A stretch of 64,000 nucleotides of DNA from the sequence record PQ863256.1; one strand, given 5' to 3'. Made by a program: the position numbers and the translations under genes. Shown piece after piece: positions 9,531-20,364 of the stretch (positions are counted from its first letter, which is position 1; every line of letters begins with the position of its first letter). The notes beneath the pieces are model-generated. The model did no database searches, was not told where the DNA came from, and was given only the letters and a program-made list of their open reading frames with translations. Source of the stretch: Escherichia phage Ptacy1479.

Positions 9531-12500
9531 ATGATCAGTTACAACAACTCAGCACCTAATGCGGTTAATAACGTAGGTCAGTTTGGTGCTACAGAAGGCT
9601 CTATCGGTGCTTACAAATCAGCAGCTGAATATGCAGCTGATTCCAAGTATTGGGCGATGCTCTCTCAAAAGAACTATAACAACATTGGTGAGATTCTTAA
9701 AGAAGTAGAAAGGCTTTATGTAGAAGGTAATTTATTAAAAGAAGATATTGAACAACTCAAATCTGATTTTGAAAACCAAAACCAAATACTTCTCGGACTT
9801 ATTCAGCAAACTGGTGAAGCCATTGACAACACTAATACTGCTATTGGCGAAGCTAATGCAGCAACAGATCGAGCTAACCAAGCAGTGCAAGATGTTCTTA
9901 CTCAATTAGATAAGATTTCTAACATGTCTGTTGTTGCCACAACACTTCCTCCGGGAACTCCTGCAACTGGGAGTTTTGATAACAGTACAGGAGTTTTCTC
10001 TTTTGGTATCCCTGAAGGCCAGCCCGGTAAAGACGGCAAGGATGGTACAGATGGCACAATTTCTGACATTGGAGATGTTGCTATAAGTACTCCTGTCTTG
10101 GATGACTATGGGTTCTTTGTGGACAAAGATAATGGAGGCTTGTATCGAACTCCGATGAGTGAGATTGCTAAGCTGGTTCCGGCAGTGGTCAGTTTCAACG
10201 GTCGTACTGGTACTGTTGTTCCAGCTGCTGGAGACTACACAGTAAGTCAAGTTACTGGCGCAGCTGCTTCTGGGGTTAACAATGATATTAACCAGATTCG
10301 CGGGTTAACCACTGCCCTATCTGTGGCTCAGGGTGGTACGGCTGCTAAGAATGCAGATGACGCTAGAACTAACCTATCTGCAATGCTTGACTCTAAAACA
10401 GGGCTTGACGGAACAACAAATCTCAATGACTTAAACGGATTAAAGGCTGGGTTTTATTACCAACCTGCTTCTGCTAACGCAAAACCAGAACTTAATTACC
10501 CTATACAATTGGCAGGTTCTTTAGTAGTAGTCAAGACAGGTGCAGGTACAGGATATTCATGTAAGCAAGTTTATAGTCTATACAACAACCCTAACGTAAC
10601 ATACTCTCGTGCACTTAACGCCAGTGTAGGCCCAACCTCTCCTTGGTCTGAATGGAGACGTCACACCGCTATTGATAGAGTAGAAGAAGGTACTACTACA
10701 ACTAACCTCTACTCTCCGGGAGATGCTAAGATTCAAGTAGGAACATCAGGATTGTGGGGTTGTACTAATGGAATTAATTGGATTCCTTTGGCCTTGGCTC
10801 AAGGTGGTACTGGGGCAACAACAGCAGCTGGTGTTCGAACTAATTTAAGTTTGGATAGGGTTAGTCAAAATGAATCGACAACACGCTTGTATGGCCCAAC
10901 CGTGGGTCGCTTCTTTGAGTTACACACTAATGGAAATTGGGGTGTTTATGATTCCTCCTCTAGTAAATGGGTTCCGTTAGGTATATCTCAGGGGGGTACT
11001 GGTGCAACTACTGCTGACGCGGCTCGTATATCTCTTGTTGCTGCTAAGAGTGGGGCTAACTCTGATATAACCTCTATGACTAATGTGGTTAATTTCACTC
11101 AGTCTCCAACAATCCCTGATGCAGTGTCATCTAATGAACCTGTTGCTCTTGGACAACTTTCTACAGAAACTGCCGCTTTGGATACGAAGATAACAGAAGC
11201 TAAGGATGCTGCTGCTGCTGCTAACACCAATGCTAATAGCAGAGTTCTCACTTCACAGTTATCAGATACGTCTGAAGTTGCTCAAGGTGATGCTTTAGTG
11301 GGGGTTATGGCTCCTTTTACTGGTGCTACTGCTCGTACTCAGCATGACAAGAACCTTGATATAATCTCCATATCCGATTTTGGTGGTGGTACAAACTGGT
11401 CAGATAACGGTCCAGCTCTTCAGAGAGCAATTACATATGCAGCTTCTGCATCTGGTAACAATCGTGGCATGGTCTATATCCCTCCGGGAGTGTGGAATTT
11501 CACCTCTGGTGTAACTGTTCCGGGAAACGTCTCTATTAGAGGGGCTGGTGTTGGTTCAACCCAATTAAAAATAAATGCTGCTAACTTAGTTTTATTTGAT
11601 GTTGGTAACGGAACAAATAACCCGAACAACGTCAGTATCTCTGATTTGCATGTTCTTGTAAGTTCTACTTGCACAGCAAACCCTTTATTCCGTTTTAGAA
11701 ATGGATATAATTGTGGTATTGATAATATCCGTGTTGATGGACCTTGGTATGACCTTATCCACTTCCGTGGTGGCTCTGCTCAGTTCGTCTACCGAGTCTC
11801 GGATAGCATCCTAAACGGTACTTCAGCGAGCCGTCATACAATTACCATTGGTGAATCTTCATCAGACGGTGTTGTTCAAGATGTTTTCTTAACAAACTTA
11901 GTCCTTGGTGGAAGAACTACCGGATACGGTGTTTATGAAAAATACTCTTCTGGAGTTTATGCGACTAATGTTGATTCTCTCAACGTTAACGTAGGTTGGG
12001 CTTGGGAACCTGCTACTGGATGTTACTGTAAAGGAAGTTTCTACACTGCAATTCTTGGTGATACCAACTCTACAGCTGGTCTTAGAATTAGACCTCAGGC
12101 TGGTACGACAGTTAATGACCTAACCTTCAATGGGTGTTGGGCAAGCTCCGCTGGGTCTAACAGCTCTCATCACGGTTTGATCATTGACAGTTCTGCTGGA
12201 ACTGTGGCAAATATTAGTTTTAACGGACTTACTGCTGTGAACAATAAAGGTCATGGTGTTTACATTAATGGGTCTACTACTGGGTATGGTTATGAGTTCA
12301 CAAACCTTAGTGTCTCTAATAATAGTCAGGCTGGTGCCTCTCTGTGTAGTGGTGTAAAAATCGTAGCTGGTTCTTCTCACATAAACATTTCTAATGGACA
12401 TGCGGGTGGTACACTCGGTTTAGGTACAAATAACCAAGCCTATGGTATTGATGTTGAGGCTGGTACCGGTAACTCTATTAAGATTGTAAATATGGAAATG

Positions 12501-12809
12501 AACAATAACAAGCTCGGTGCCATGAACTTTGGAGCAACTGGTCCTTTCAACAGGATTGAAGGGTGTTCTCCTTTCAGAACTCGTATGAAAGGTGCTGTTG
12601 AATTAAAGAATGGTACATCTTCTATAACAGTCAACCCCGGACTGAACAGGCCATTCGGTGGTGCTGATGTACAGGTTACTCCTACTACTGACCTAGGCGC
12701 TTTGCGTTATTGGGTTACTCAGAGTGGCAATAGCTTCACTATCAACACCAACGCTAATGTTAGTGGTGGTCAATGGTTCTCTTGGGCTGTCGATGCATCT
12801 TATAGTTAA
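9531..12809 (+). CDS. tail fiber / tailspike protein with beta-helix (pectate-lyase-like) domain
   Basis: 1092 aa; three copies of QGGT(G)A..A..AR.NLS motif; Gly/Ser/Thr/Asn-rich C-terminal region typical of beta-helix. Confidence 0.75.
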   Translation: MISYNNSAPNAVNNVGQFGATEGSIGAYKSAAEYAADSKYWAMLSQKNYNNIGEILKEVERLYVEGNLLKEDIEQLKSDFENQNQILLGLIQQTGEAIDNTNTAIGEANAATDRANQAVQDVLTQLDKISNMSVVATTLPPGTPATGSFDNSTGVFSFGIPEGQPGKDGKDGTDGTISDIGDVAISTPVLDDYGFFVDKDNGGLYRTPMSEIAKLVPAVVSFNGRTGTVVPAAGDYTVSQVTGAAASGVNNDINQIRGLTTALSVAQGGTAAKNADDARTNLSAMLDSKTGLDGTTNLNDLNGLKAGFYYQPASANAKPELNYPIQLAGSLVVVKTGAGTGYSCKQVYSLYNNPNVTYSRALNASVGPTSPWSEWRRHTAIDRVEEGTTTTNLYSPGDAKIQVGTSGLWGCTNGINWIPLALAQGGTGATTAAGVRTNLSLDRVSQNESTTRLYGPTVGRFFELHTNGNWGVYDSSSSKWVPLGISQGGTGATTADAARISLVAAKSGANSDITSMTNVVNFTQSPTIPDAVSSNEPVALGQLSTETAALDTKITEAKDAAAAANTNANSRVLTSQLSDTSEVAQGDALVGVMAPFTGATARTQHDKNLDIISISDFGGGTNWSDNGPALQRAITYAASASGNNRGMVYIPPGVWNFTSGVTVPGNVSIRGAGVGSTQLKINAANLVLFDVGNGTNNPNNVSISDLHVLVSSTCTANPLFRFRNGYNCGIDNIRVDGPWYDLIHFRGGSAQFVYRVSDSILNGTSASRHTITIGESSSDGVVQDVFLTNLVLGGRTTGYGVYEKYSSGVYATNVDSLNVNVGWAWEPATGCYCKGSFYTAILGDTNSTAGLRIRPQAGTTVNDLTFNGCWASSAGSNSSHHGLIIDSSAGTVANISFNGLTAVNNKGHGVYINGSTTGYGYEFTNLSVSNNSQAGASLCSGVKIVAGSSHINISNGHAGGTLGLGTNNQAYGIDVEAGTGNSIKIVNMEMNNNKLGAMNFGATGPFNRIEGCSPFRTRMKGAVELKNGTSSITVNPGLNRPFGGADVQVTPTTDLGALRYWVTQSGNSFTINTNANVSGGQWFSWAVDASYS

Positions 12810-12817
12810 TTCTAATA

Positions 12818-12837
12818 ACCCTCTTCGGAGGGTTTTA
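12818..12837 (+). terminator. terminator-like hairpin after tail fiber gene
   Basis: ACCCTC-TTCG-GAGGGT followed by short T-tract. Confidence 0.5.
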
Positions 12838-12905
12838 GTAGTACTTAAGTGCTACAGCTAATGAATTCAATATGAATGAAAGGTTAATATATAGGAGACA
12901 CTAAG

Positions 12906-13124
12906 ATGAAAATGATGAAACAAGCTGTATATGGTTTAGTTTGCTTAGGTGCTGGGGTTGCTGTATCAACAGCAGTTCCTGTTAGTGCAGTCCATCCATT
13001 AGTCACTACCCCTGCTCCAGTGGAGAAACTTAGTTCACAATGCAAGCAGCGAACCATTCAAAACAATTTGGTTGTTATTTGCCCTGATGCTGAATCTAAC
13101 GCTCTGAGAAAGATACTACCTTAA
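12906..13124 (+). CDS. small protein with N-terminal hydrophobic segment (holin or lysis-accessory candidate)
   Basis: 72 aa; MKMMKQAVYGLVCLGAGVAVSTAVPVSA hydrophobic stretch; directly upstream of endolysin. Confidence 0.4.
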   Translation: MKMMKQAVYGLVCLGAGVAVSTAVPVSAVHPLVTTPAPVEKLSSQCKQRTIQNNLVVICPDAESNALRKILP

Positions 13125-13153
13125 TTTAAAGGGACCATGAAAGGAGGTTAGAA

Positions 13154-13645
13154 ATGGATAACGTCGCATTGCCACCTGTACAATTAAACTTAAGCCCAGC
13201 TGGAATGGAATTCATCATGAAGCATGAGGGTATGAGAACCAAGGCTTATAAAGATTCCGCAGGTATCTGGACGATATGTGTAGGGGCTACGCGCGATATG
13301 AATGGTTATCCGGTTAGGCAAGGATTAACATATTCTATAGAGGATTGTCTAGCTCTGCTAGATAGAGACACACAAGACTCTGTTCGTGCTACTCAGAAAA
13401 ACATAAGGGTTCCTTTGCTAGTTCATGAATTTGATGCACTCACATCCTTCAATTTCAATGTTGGGGGCGGTGCACTAAGCACATCTAAGCTGAGGAAAGT
13501 TATCAATGGAGAAGTTAAGGGTGACATATACTCAGAGTTTCTTCGTTGGGATAAAATTACGGTGAAAGGAAAGAAGCAGAGAAGTCAGGGTCTTCATAAC
13601 AGAAGGGTTGCGGAAGCTGATCTTTATACCGAAGGTAAATATTAA
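13154..13645 (+). CDS. endolysin, T4-type lysozyme (GH24)
   Basis: E..KD..G.WTIGVG catalytic pattern (HEGMRTKAYKDSAGIWTICVG); 163 aa. Confidence 0.85.
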   Translation: MDNVALPPVQLNLSPAGMEFIMKHEGMRTKAYKDSAGIWTICVGATRDMNGYPVRQGLTYSIEDCLALLDRDTQDSVRATQKNIRVPLLVHEFDALTSFNFNVGGGALSTSKLRKVINGEVKGDIYSEFLRWDKITVKGKKQRSQGLHNRRVAEADLYTEGKY

Positions 13646-13657
13646 TGGAGGTGCCTT

Positions 13658-14461
13658 TTGGCTATTGAAACTAATGCGGTCGTCATTACTGACCTGAACC
13701 CGCTCTATCCCAGAGATAGGGATTATATCTACGAAGGGGCGGCTCAAATCCGCCTCATCAAACAAACACTAAAGAACACATTCCCTAATGTCACTGAACC
13801 TGTTGAGATTGATTCTGATACCTTTAAGATCATGTCAGAGAAACTCAAATTTACCGGTGATGCAATGGATGTTGGCGGTCTTATGATTAAGAACGCTGCT
13901 CCGGGAACTGGAGATAAAGATGTTGTTACTAAAGGCCAGATGGAGGCTTTTATGAACAACTGGATGGAAAATAAAGTATTCCGTATTGGGTCTTACTATA
14001 TCACTGAAGAAGATGTTAATCCAGGTGATTCTGTCTCTCTTGGATTTGGCTCTTGGGCTAAAGTTACTGGCGTTATCATGGGTACTGGTGTGGTCAACCC
14101 TGATGGTACAGTTCCTAATGCCTCTAGGGTTGAGTTTACTTCTGGGGCTACTGGTGGTAGGATCTTCAACACAGTTCAGACAGAGAACTTACCGTTGATG
14201 ACTATTAATGGTTCGAGCTTTTCTGTTTCCAGTAACACTCACGCACACAACATTAACTTTGGTCGTGGGGATGCTAGCGGTCACAACAGTTCCCCTAACT
14301 GGTATAGTCCCGGTTCTGGATTTACCCACAGAACAGAGTCTGATACTCACACCCACACAATATCTGGTTCTGTTAGTTTTGGACGTGACGACATATCTCG
14401 TCAACCTATTAACACTTTGCCACCATTCAGAGCGGCTCATATTTGGAGACGTATTAGCTAA
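13658..14461 (+). CDS. hypothetical tail protein (TTG start)
   Basis: GGAGGTG upstream of TTG; Gly/Ser/Thr-rich, His-rich C-terminus. Confidence 0.5.
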   Translation: MAIETNAVVITDLNPLYPRDRDYIYEGAAQIRLIKQTLKNTFPNVTEPVEIDSDTFKIMSEKLKFTGDAMDVGGLMIKNAAPGTGDKDVVTKGQMEAFMNNWMENKVFRIGSYYITEEDVNPGDSVSLGFGSWAKVTGVIMGTGVVNPDGTVPNASRVEFTSGATGGRIFNTVQTENLPLMTINGSSFSVSSNTHAHNINFGRGDASGHNSSPNWYSPGSGFTHRTESDTHTHTISGSVSFGRDDISRQPINTLPPFRAAHIWRRIS

Positions 14462-14470
14462 GGAGGAATT

Positions 14471-17400
14471 ATGGCGTTGTATCCAATAAAATCACTCGGT
14501 GCTGTCGGTGTTATTGCTGACCAAGCACCTACTGATTTAGCTCCTAATGCTTTCACTAACGCTATAAACGCTCGGTTTGTTGAGCAGAGAGTTTTTAAGA
14601 CGGGGGGCAACGCCCCTCTTTCTTACGTAGATGAAGATAAAGATTTAACTCCTCTGTCTTTCATATCTATGCCTTTCGATTACTATAGTGCAGGTAATAG
14701 CTTTCTTATTGTAGGCACTGACAAGAAGCTATATAAACTGACAGATGAAAGCTTGACTGATATCAGCAGAAAAGTCGCTACGGTGACTAAAAAAGCCTCT
14801 GCTACTATCAAAATATATCCTGTAGTCTCTAAGATTACCCCTAAAGAGTCTACTATTTCCATGAACTTCAATCAAACTAAATCTTTAGAAGTTACAATCT
14901 CTCCGGAAGATGCTAATAACCCTGAACTTGTTTGGAGTGTTAGTAACTCTTCTTACGGTCAGGTTACTGTAGACCCTACTGACTCTAAGAAAGCCTCTTT
15001 GACCTCTTTGAATAAAGAAGGCAATCTTGTAGTGACAGTCCAGACTAAGGATGAATCTGTATCAGCTCAGATTGCTGTCAACATCATCGATGGGGATTCA
15101 GGTATTTTCTTGAGTCAAGATACCATAACCGTTCGTAAAGGTGGGAATACCACGATAACTGCGGTGACTGGTAAGACTCCTGTAAGTTGGTCTACTACCA
15201 ATGGTTCTATCGTTTCTGTGACCCCTAATGCTAACACACTCACGGCAGTACTTGTAGCTAATGGAGAAGGGACAGCAACTATTACAGCGGATAATGGAAC
15301 AAAAGCTGCATCATGTGTTGTTAATGTAATCCCACAGATTGATAGCATCACTCTGAGCCAAACAGATGTTACCATTAACAGAGGGACTCAATATATCCTT
15401 ACAGCTACAGTATCTCCAACGAATGCTCCTAATAAAAACATAACATGGACTTCCTCTAACCCGAATATTGCTACAGTATCTGGTACAGGTACAGAGGCAA
15501 CCATTACTGCGATTACAGCTGGCTTCACTGAGATTACCGCTACTACTCAAGAAGGCAACAGAACCGCTGTCTGTATAGTTCGTGTAGATTTGTCTGGAAG
15601 GATGATGAGAACCTCTCTTATGGCTACGTCTTCTACTGAACCAGATGCTCCAGAAGTGGTTGAGGATATAGTAGTTCCTGAGTCAGAAGAGGTTTTGTAT
15701 TTTGCATCACCTTCCTCTGGGATATATACTACTGGAATGTCTGAAGGAAATAGCTTCTATGATTACTCAAACGTGGATGACATGGAGGGTTTTGCAAGAG
15801 CTTCTCTTTTTGCCACCCCTTTAGATTCTGTAACGTTAGATGTAGTTAGTGCTTCTCTGGATGTAGGGGAGGAGATTGTTATTACAGCTACAGCTTCTCC
15901 AGAGGGTGATTATTCTTACTTGTGGTCTGTGGATAAGACTGGGTATGTCTCCACTACTTCTGTAACTGGCAAGTCTATCAAACTTACAGCTCTTCGTAAA
16001 GGTGAGATTAACATAACATGTTCTGTCAGTCAAATGACGCAGAGGGATTATGATGCGTTTGATGATTACCCTTGGTATCATGCTGTTATATCAAACTGTG
16101 TTGTTGCTACCACTCACTATGAAACCCCTCAAGTAAAAGAGTTCGAATCTGAATATTTTACCGATCTTCCGGGATGGGGAGAACAAACAGTAGTGGATAA
16201 CGATGGGAACCCCTCGGTTAAGAAGTTCAACTGGAAGTGTGAAAGGGTTCGCTCTTTTAATAACAGACTCTTTGCTCTGAATATGAGGGAGTCAAACGCT
16301 TCTGGTGTTACAACTAACTACCCGCTTCGTCTTCGTTGGTCTAATTTTGCTAATGAGAACAAAGCTCCTACTCTGTGGGATGACTTTGCCTATGATCGTT
16401 TAGTAACATCTGACTTGGCTTCGAACATAGTGGGACAGACTGAGGCTCTAGAAAATGGTTATGCTGGTTACATTGATTTAGCAGACTCTAACGGGAGTTT
16501 AATTGATATCCTACCTCTTAAAGATTACTTATTCGTTTACACAGAGTTTGAAACGTATATTGGTTCTCCAACTAATAACACGTACCAACCACTGATGTTC
16601 AAGAAACTCTTTAATGATTCTGGTATCCTTGCCCCAGAGTGTGTAGTAGAAGTTGAAGGCAGTCATTTCGTTGTTACTCAGAATGATGTGATCTTGCATA
16701 ATGGTGCAACTAAGAAGTCAATTGCTTCCAACCGTGTTAAGAATATGTTGATTAACGAGATATGTCTGGTCAACCCGTTAGCTACCAGAGTTCACTTACA
16801 TCAAGATAAAAAGGAGGTTTGGATTCTTTATGTAGGTCCGGGAGAGCCTAAGGAAAGCTATGCTTGTACTAAAGCCGCTGTATGGAATTATGAGTTTGAT
16901 ACTTGGTCTTTCCGTACTATTCCTTATGCCCAATGCATCGGTTTGGTTGATCCTCCTGTTCTTGAAAGAGGTCCAATTTGGGCTGACTTCCAAGAGATTT
17001 CTTGGGATGACCCATCAATCAAGGAGCTTGTCTGGAGAAAAGATGCAACAAACTTCCGTCAGAGGATAACCATAGTAGGTTCTTTCTTACGTGGATTCTA
17101 TCAAGTGGATATTGGTGCTTTAGATTATTTCTATGATAGGCTCAATGACACTGTTATAGAAAAACCCTTGGAGATGAGGTTAGAGAGAACAGGCATTGAT
17201 TTTGATAACGTCACTAATGAATGGAATCAGAAGCATGTCAACAGATTCAGACCTCAAACCACAGGTTCTGGGACTTACATATTCGAAGCAGGAGGTAGTC
17301 AATTCTCAAACGAATATGGTCATCCACACACATCTAAAACATACACAATCGGTGTTGATAGGCATGTCTCTGTGAGACTGAACCATCCATACCTTTTCTA

Positions 17401-17482
17401 TAATGTTATAGATAATGATGTTAACAGTAATGCTGCTATCAATGGTTTAACGATAGAGTTTGCTGTTGGCGGGCGGAGATAA
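14471..17482 (+). CDS. structural protein with tandem Ig-like (BIG2) domains
   Basis: 1003 aa; at least three BIG2-like repeats in N-terminal third. Confidence 0.6.
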   Translation: MALYPIKSLGAVGVIADQAPTDLAPNAFTNAINARFVEQRVFKTGGNAPLSYVDEDKDLTPLSFISMPFDYYSAGNSFLIVGTDKKLYKLTDESLTDISRKVATVTKKASATIKIYPVVSKITPKESTISMNFNQTKSLEVTISPEDANNPELVWSVSNSSYGQVTVDPTDSKKASLTSLNKEGNLVVTVQTKDESVSAQIAVNIIDGDSGIFLSQDTITVRKGGNTTITAVTGKTPVSWSTTNGSIVSVTPNANTLTAVLVANGEGTATITADNGTKAASCVVNVIPQIDSITLSQTDVTINRGTQYILTATVSPTNAPNKNITWTSSNPNIATVSGTGTEATITAITAGFTEITATTQEGNRTAVCIVRVDLSGRMMRTSLMATSSTEPDAPEVVEDIVVPESEEVLYFASPSSGIYTTGMSEGNSFYDYSNVDDMEGFARASLFATPLDSVTLDVVSASLDVGEEIVITATASPEGDYSYLWSVDKTGYVSTTSVTGKSIKLTALRKGEINITCSVSQMTQRDYDAFDDYPWYHAVISNCVVATTHYETPQVKEFESEYFTDLPGWGEQTVVDNDGNPSVKKFNWKCERVRSFNNRLFALNMRESNASGVTTNYPLRLRWSNFANENKAPTLWDDFAYDRLVTSDLASNIVGQTEALENGYAGYIDLADSNGSLIDILPLKDYLFVYTEFETYIGSPTNNTYQPLMFKKLFNDSGILAPECVVEVEGSHFVVTQNDVILHNGATKKSIASNRVKNMLINEICLVNPLATRVHLHQDKKEVWILYVGPGEPKESYACTKAAVWNYEFDTWSFRTIPYAQCIGLVDPPVLERGPIWADFQEISWDDPSIKELVWRKDATNFRQRITIVGSFLRGFYQVDIGALDYFYDRLNDTVIEKPLEMRLERTGIDFDNVTNEWNQKHVNRFRPQTTGSGTYIFEAGGSQFSNEYGHPHTSKTYTIGVDRHVSVRLNHPYLFYNVIDNDVNSNAAINGLTIEFAVGGRR

Positions 17483-17486
17483 CAAC

Positions 17487-17514
17487 AAGGGGCTTCGTGC
17501 CCCTTTTATTGTTT
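17487..17514 (+). terminator. rho-independent terminator
   Basis: GGGGC-TTCGT-GCCCC followed by TTTTATTGTTTT. Confidence 0.65.
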
Positions 17515-17525
17515 TGGAGGAACTT

Positions 17526-18536
17526 ATGGGTGCAGGTGGTTTTCGTAAGAACACAGGTCGCAACAACACCACACTCCCGTACAACGTTGGGTTTCTCAAT
17601 AATGTACAGGATACAGAAAATTATAACGTAGCCGTATACGATGAATTACAGAAAGTAAGTACAGCTACTAATCAGATGTTCCAAGCTATAGATGAAATTC
17701 ATGATGAAATAGATGTTCGTATCAAAGCTCTAAATGCGATGAATCTACAGTTTGATGAACTTGAGAATAGAATCACTACAGAGATTGAAACTGCTATTGC
17801 AGATATTCAAACACAGATGGGTAATCTATCCACTGATGACATTTGGGATAACTCGGTACAACCACCTGTCAAGCTTGAAAGTTCTATCTCAGGGATTAAG
17901 ACTAGCATTGAAGGGAATGATCTAAAGATTCAAACTGTGCAAGGTATCGTCAATGACCAAGGGGAGGAGATAGCTCTAGTTCAAACAGAACTCACTTCAC
18001 AAGGGCAACAGATTACCGATGTTGATGGAAGAGTAACTACAGTTCAGAACTCTCTTTCTCAGTATATGAAGCTATCTGAATATGAAGCTACTTGGGGTGT
18101 TAACTCTTCTGTAAACGGAAAATATGCTGGTGTTAAATTAACTAACAATGGAGTTAACAGCCAATTCCAAGTAACAGCAGATAAATTTGTTGTTGGTAAT
18201 GGAACAACAGGGAACACTCCTTTTGTTTTTGAAAACGGTAGAGCAAAAATGGAGTTTGCTGACATAAAGAACGTCAACATAACTACTGCTCAGATCGCTA
18301 ACGCTAGAATACAGTGGGCCCAAATTGATAATGTCAACATCACAAACGCACAGATTCAGAGTTTGTCCGCTGATAAAATTACAGCTGGTTCTATGAGTGG
18401 GTCTAATTGGAGACTAACTGTTGGTGGTGATTTTGTCATGGGTGGTACGGGTGGTTCTCAGTTGTGGATGAATGGAAACAGAATAGATTTTTATGATGGA
18501 AGTGGTGTTCTCAGAATAAGAATAGGGAGTTGGTAA
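17526..18536 (+). CDS. tail fiber-like protein (start revised from track 17460)
   Basis: GGAGG 6 nt upstream of ATG 17526; track start lies inside previous gene and terminator; coiled-coil plus NVNIT repeats. Confidence 0.5.
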   Translation: MGAGGFRKNTGRNNTTLPYNVGFLNNVQDTENYNVAVYDELQKVSTATNQMFQAIDEIHDEIDVRIKALNAMNLQFDELENRITTEIETAIADIQTQMGNLSTDDIWDNSVQPPVKLESSISGIKTSIEGNDLKIQTVQGIVNDQGEEIALVQTELTSQGQQITDVDGRVTTVQNSLSQYMKLSEYEATWGVNSSVNGKYAGVKLTNNGVNSQFQVTADKFVVGNGTTGNTPFVFENGRAKMEFADIKNVNITTAQIANARIQWAQIDNVNITNAQIQSLSADKITAGSMSGSNWRLTVGGDFVMGGTGGSQLWMNGNRIDFYDGSGVLRIRIGSW

Positions 18537-18537
18537 C

Positions 18538-19572
18538 ATGGCTTATGGAATATGGACAAGACCTGTCGGTCCCGGACCTGCGGCAGCTTCTGATATTTAC
18601 ATTGACAGTAATTCTACTTTCCCTCAATTTAAGAACAGGGTTAGTGGTAATTACAACTTTAATGGGGGTAGTAGAGATTTCCCTATTTCTGGATGGGATG
18701 GCTCAGGCCAAATCGTTGTAGTTCCTACCGGCTCTTTGTGTTGGCAATGGGAAGTACCTCCTAATCTTGTCCCTGATGTGTATGTTGTAAACAATATCAG
18801 TATTGTAAATAACTCAACTTTCAGGGTTAGCATAAACATGAATCCCGGAAGTAACCCGCTGTTTGACGTAGCTTTCAACGTGTATCAAATATGGCCTAGA
18901 GCCAATAGAAACTATGGTATAACCTTTTCAAACACAGCTGATTACTTCTCTATATCAGATGCTGGAGTTGTTGGTCAATGCATTTGGGCTTGGGAAGGAA
19001 ATATTAATGGCTCTATGCAAGTTCCTGCCATTAGTGGTTTTGATATGTCAAGAGCTTCGGTATTTGCTAATTGGTCTGGAGGGCAAGGTTTACTATACGA
19101 TGCAGGTAGTCGTAATATCAGAGTTTATCAAAATAGGACATACGACAATGGAAACAACAACCAAACAGGTACAATTAATAATGTTAGGGTTGCAGTATTC
19201 TGTGACGGGGCTGGAGTCCCTACGCACAACGGTGGATTGAATATCTACTCACCTAATGGATCTCAATGCGTATTTTCTACCTACAGGACGCCTTTTATAG
19301 TTGATCGTTTTATGGCGATGAGTGGAGGGAATACTGGATTATCATACCCTATGATTCCTCTGACAAATGGGGCTGGTTCGATTAGAGGTCAAGCTGGTAG
19401 TTGGTATTTCCAACACGCAAGATCCCATATAATGAACGGGTCTTCTTTTGGCACAGGGTATGGTCGATATATGTTCCAGTGGGATAGAAGTTACGATATG
19501 GGTGGTGGTGGAGCTATCTCCCTTCAGGTTCCAGTGCTAGATGCTAGGAAGATTTTTAGAAGCATACAATAA
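18538..19572 (+). CDS. hypothetical virion protein
   Basis: 344 aa; start coupled to previous stop. Confidence 0.5.
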   Translation: MAYGIWTRPVGPGPAAASDIYIDSNSTFPQFKNRVSGNYNFNGGSRDFPISGWDGSGQIVVVPTGSLCWQWEVPPNLVPDVYVVNNISIVNNSTFRVSINMNPGSNPLFDVAFNVYQIWPRANRNYGITFSNTADYFSISDAGVVGQCIWAWEGNINGSMQVPAISGFDMSRASVFANWSGGQGLLYDAGSRNIRVYQNRTYDNGNNNQTGTINNVRVAVFCDGAGVPTHNGGLNIYSPNGSQCVFSTYRTPFIVDRFMAMSGGNTGLSYPMIPLTNGAGSIRGQAGSWYFQHARSHIMNGSSFGTGYGRYMFQWDRSYDMGGGGAISLQVPVLDARKIFRSIQ

Positions 19573-19581
19573 GGAGAACTT

Positions 19582-20364
19582 ATGGCAATTAGAATGGGTA
19601 TAGAAGAACTAGACCCGATGGTTCAACAGGCTTCAAAGAAGTATGGTATACCAGCTGCTTTGATTCATGCTGTAATTCAAAGGGAGTCTAGTGGTCGTCC
19701 TAAGGTGGCTTCCGGAACTGGTCCTGTTGGTTTGATGCAGATCAGTAAAGGATTAGCCAAAGATTATGGTTACAAGCTAGAAGATAGGCTTGACCCAGCC
19801 AAGAATATCGATATGGGTGTTCGTTACATCAGAGATAACCTGAAAGCTTTTAATGGTGATGTTAGGAAGGCAATGGTTGGCTACTCAGAGGGAACTGGTG
19901 GTGCTAAGCAGATGTTCGCTGGTAAGAAAGGATTTACCCCTCAGGCTCTTGACTCAATGAACAACAAACACTTTCTTCCTTTCTATGGTGATGCAGCTTC
20001 TCAGATTGCTAACCCTATTGGGGCTTTACAAGCTGTTCAACCAGTTAATCAGTTTAATCCTGACTTGTTAGACAGAGAGAAGGCTGCACAAGCTCCAACT
20101 CAGGCAGAGATTGCTGCTTCTAAGACAGGTGCTTTAGGAGGTAATCCTGTAGAGTTCTACTCTGATGAAGTGCAGGAAGGAGAAGATCAGAAGCCTCGAC
20201 AGAACTTTGGTAATGCAGTATTAGGGGTAGCTGCTATGCTTGCTGGTAAACCTCCTACTTCTCAAACAGTTCAGAGGGCAAGTGCACCACATGCAGCAGG
20301 TTCTCAGTACAGTCCACAAACACAAGCAGTGCTCAGACGTTTGGCTAGCATTGGTGTAAAGTAA
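19582..20364 (+). CDS. virion-associated lytic transglycosylase (SLT domain)
   Basis: RESSGRP...GLMQI SLT motif. Confidence 0.75.
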   Translation: MAIRMGIEELDPMVQQASKKYGIPAALIHAVIQRESSGRPKVASGTGPVGLMQISKGLAKDYGYKLEDRLDPAKNIDMGVRYIRDNLKAFNGDVRKAMVGYSEGTGGAKQMFAGKKGFTPQALDSMNNKHFLPFYGDAASQIANPIGALQAVQPVNQFNPDLLDREKAAQAPTQAEIAASKTGALGGNPVEFYSDEVQEGEDQKPRQNFGNAVLGVAAMLAGKPPTSQTVQRASAPHAAGSQYSPQTQAVLRRLASIGVK

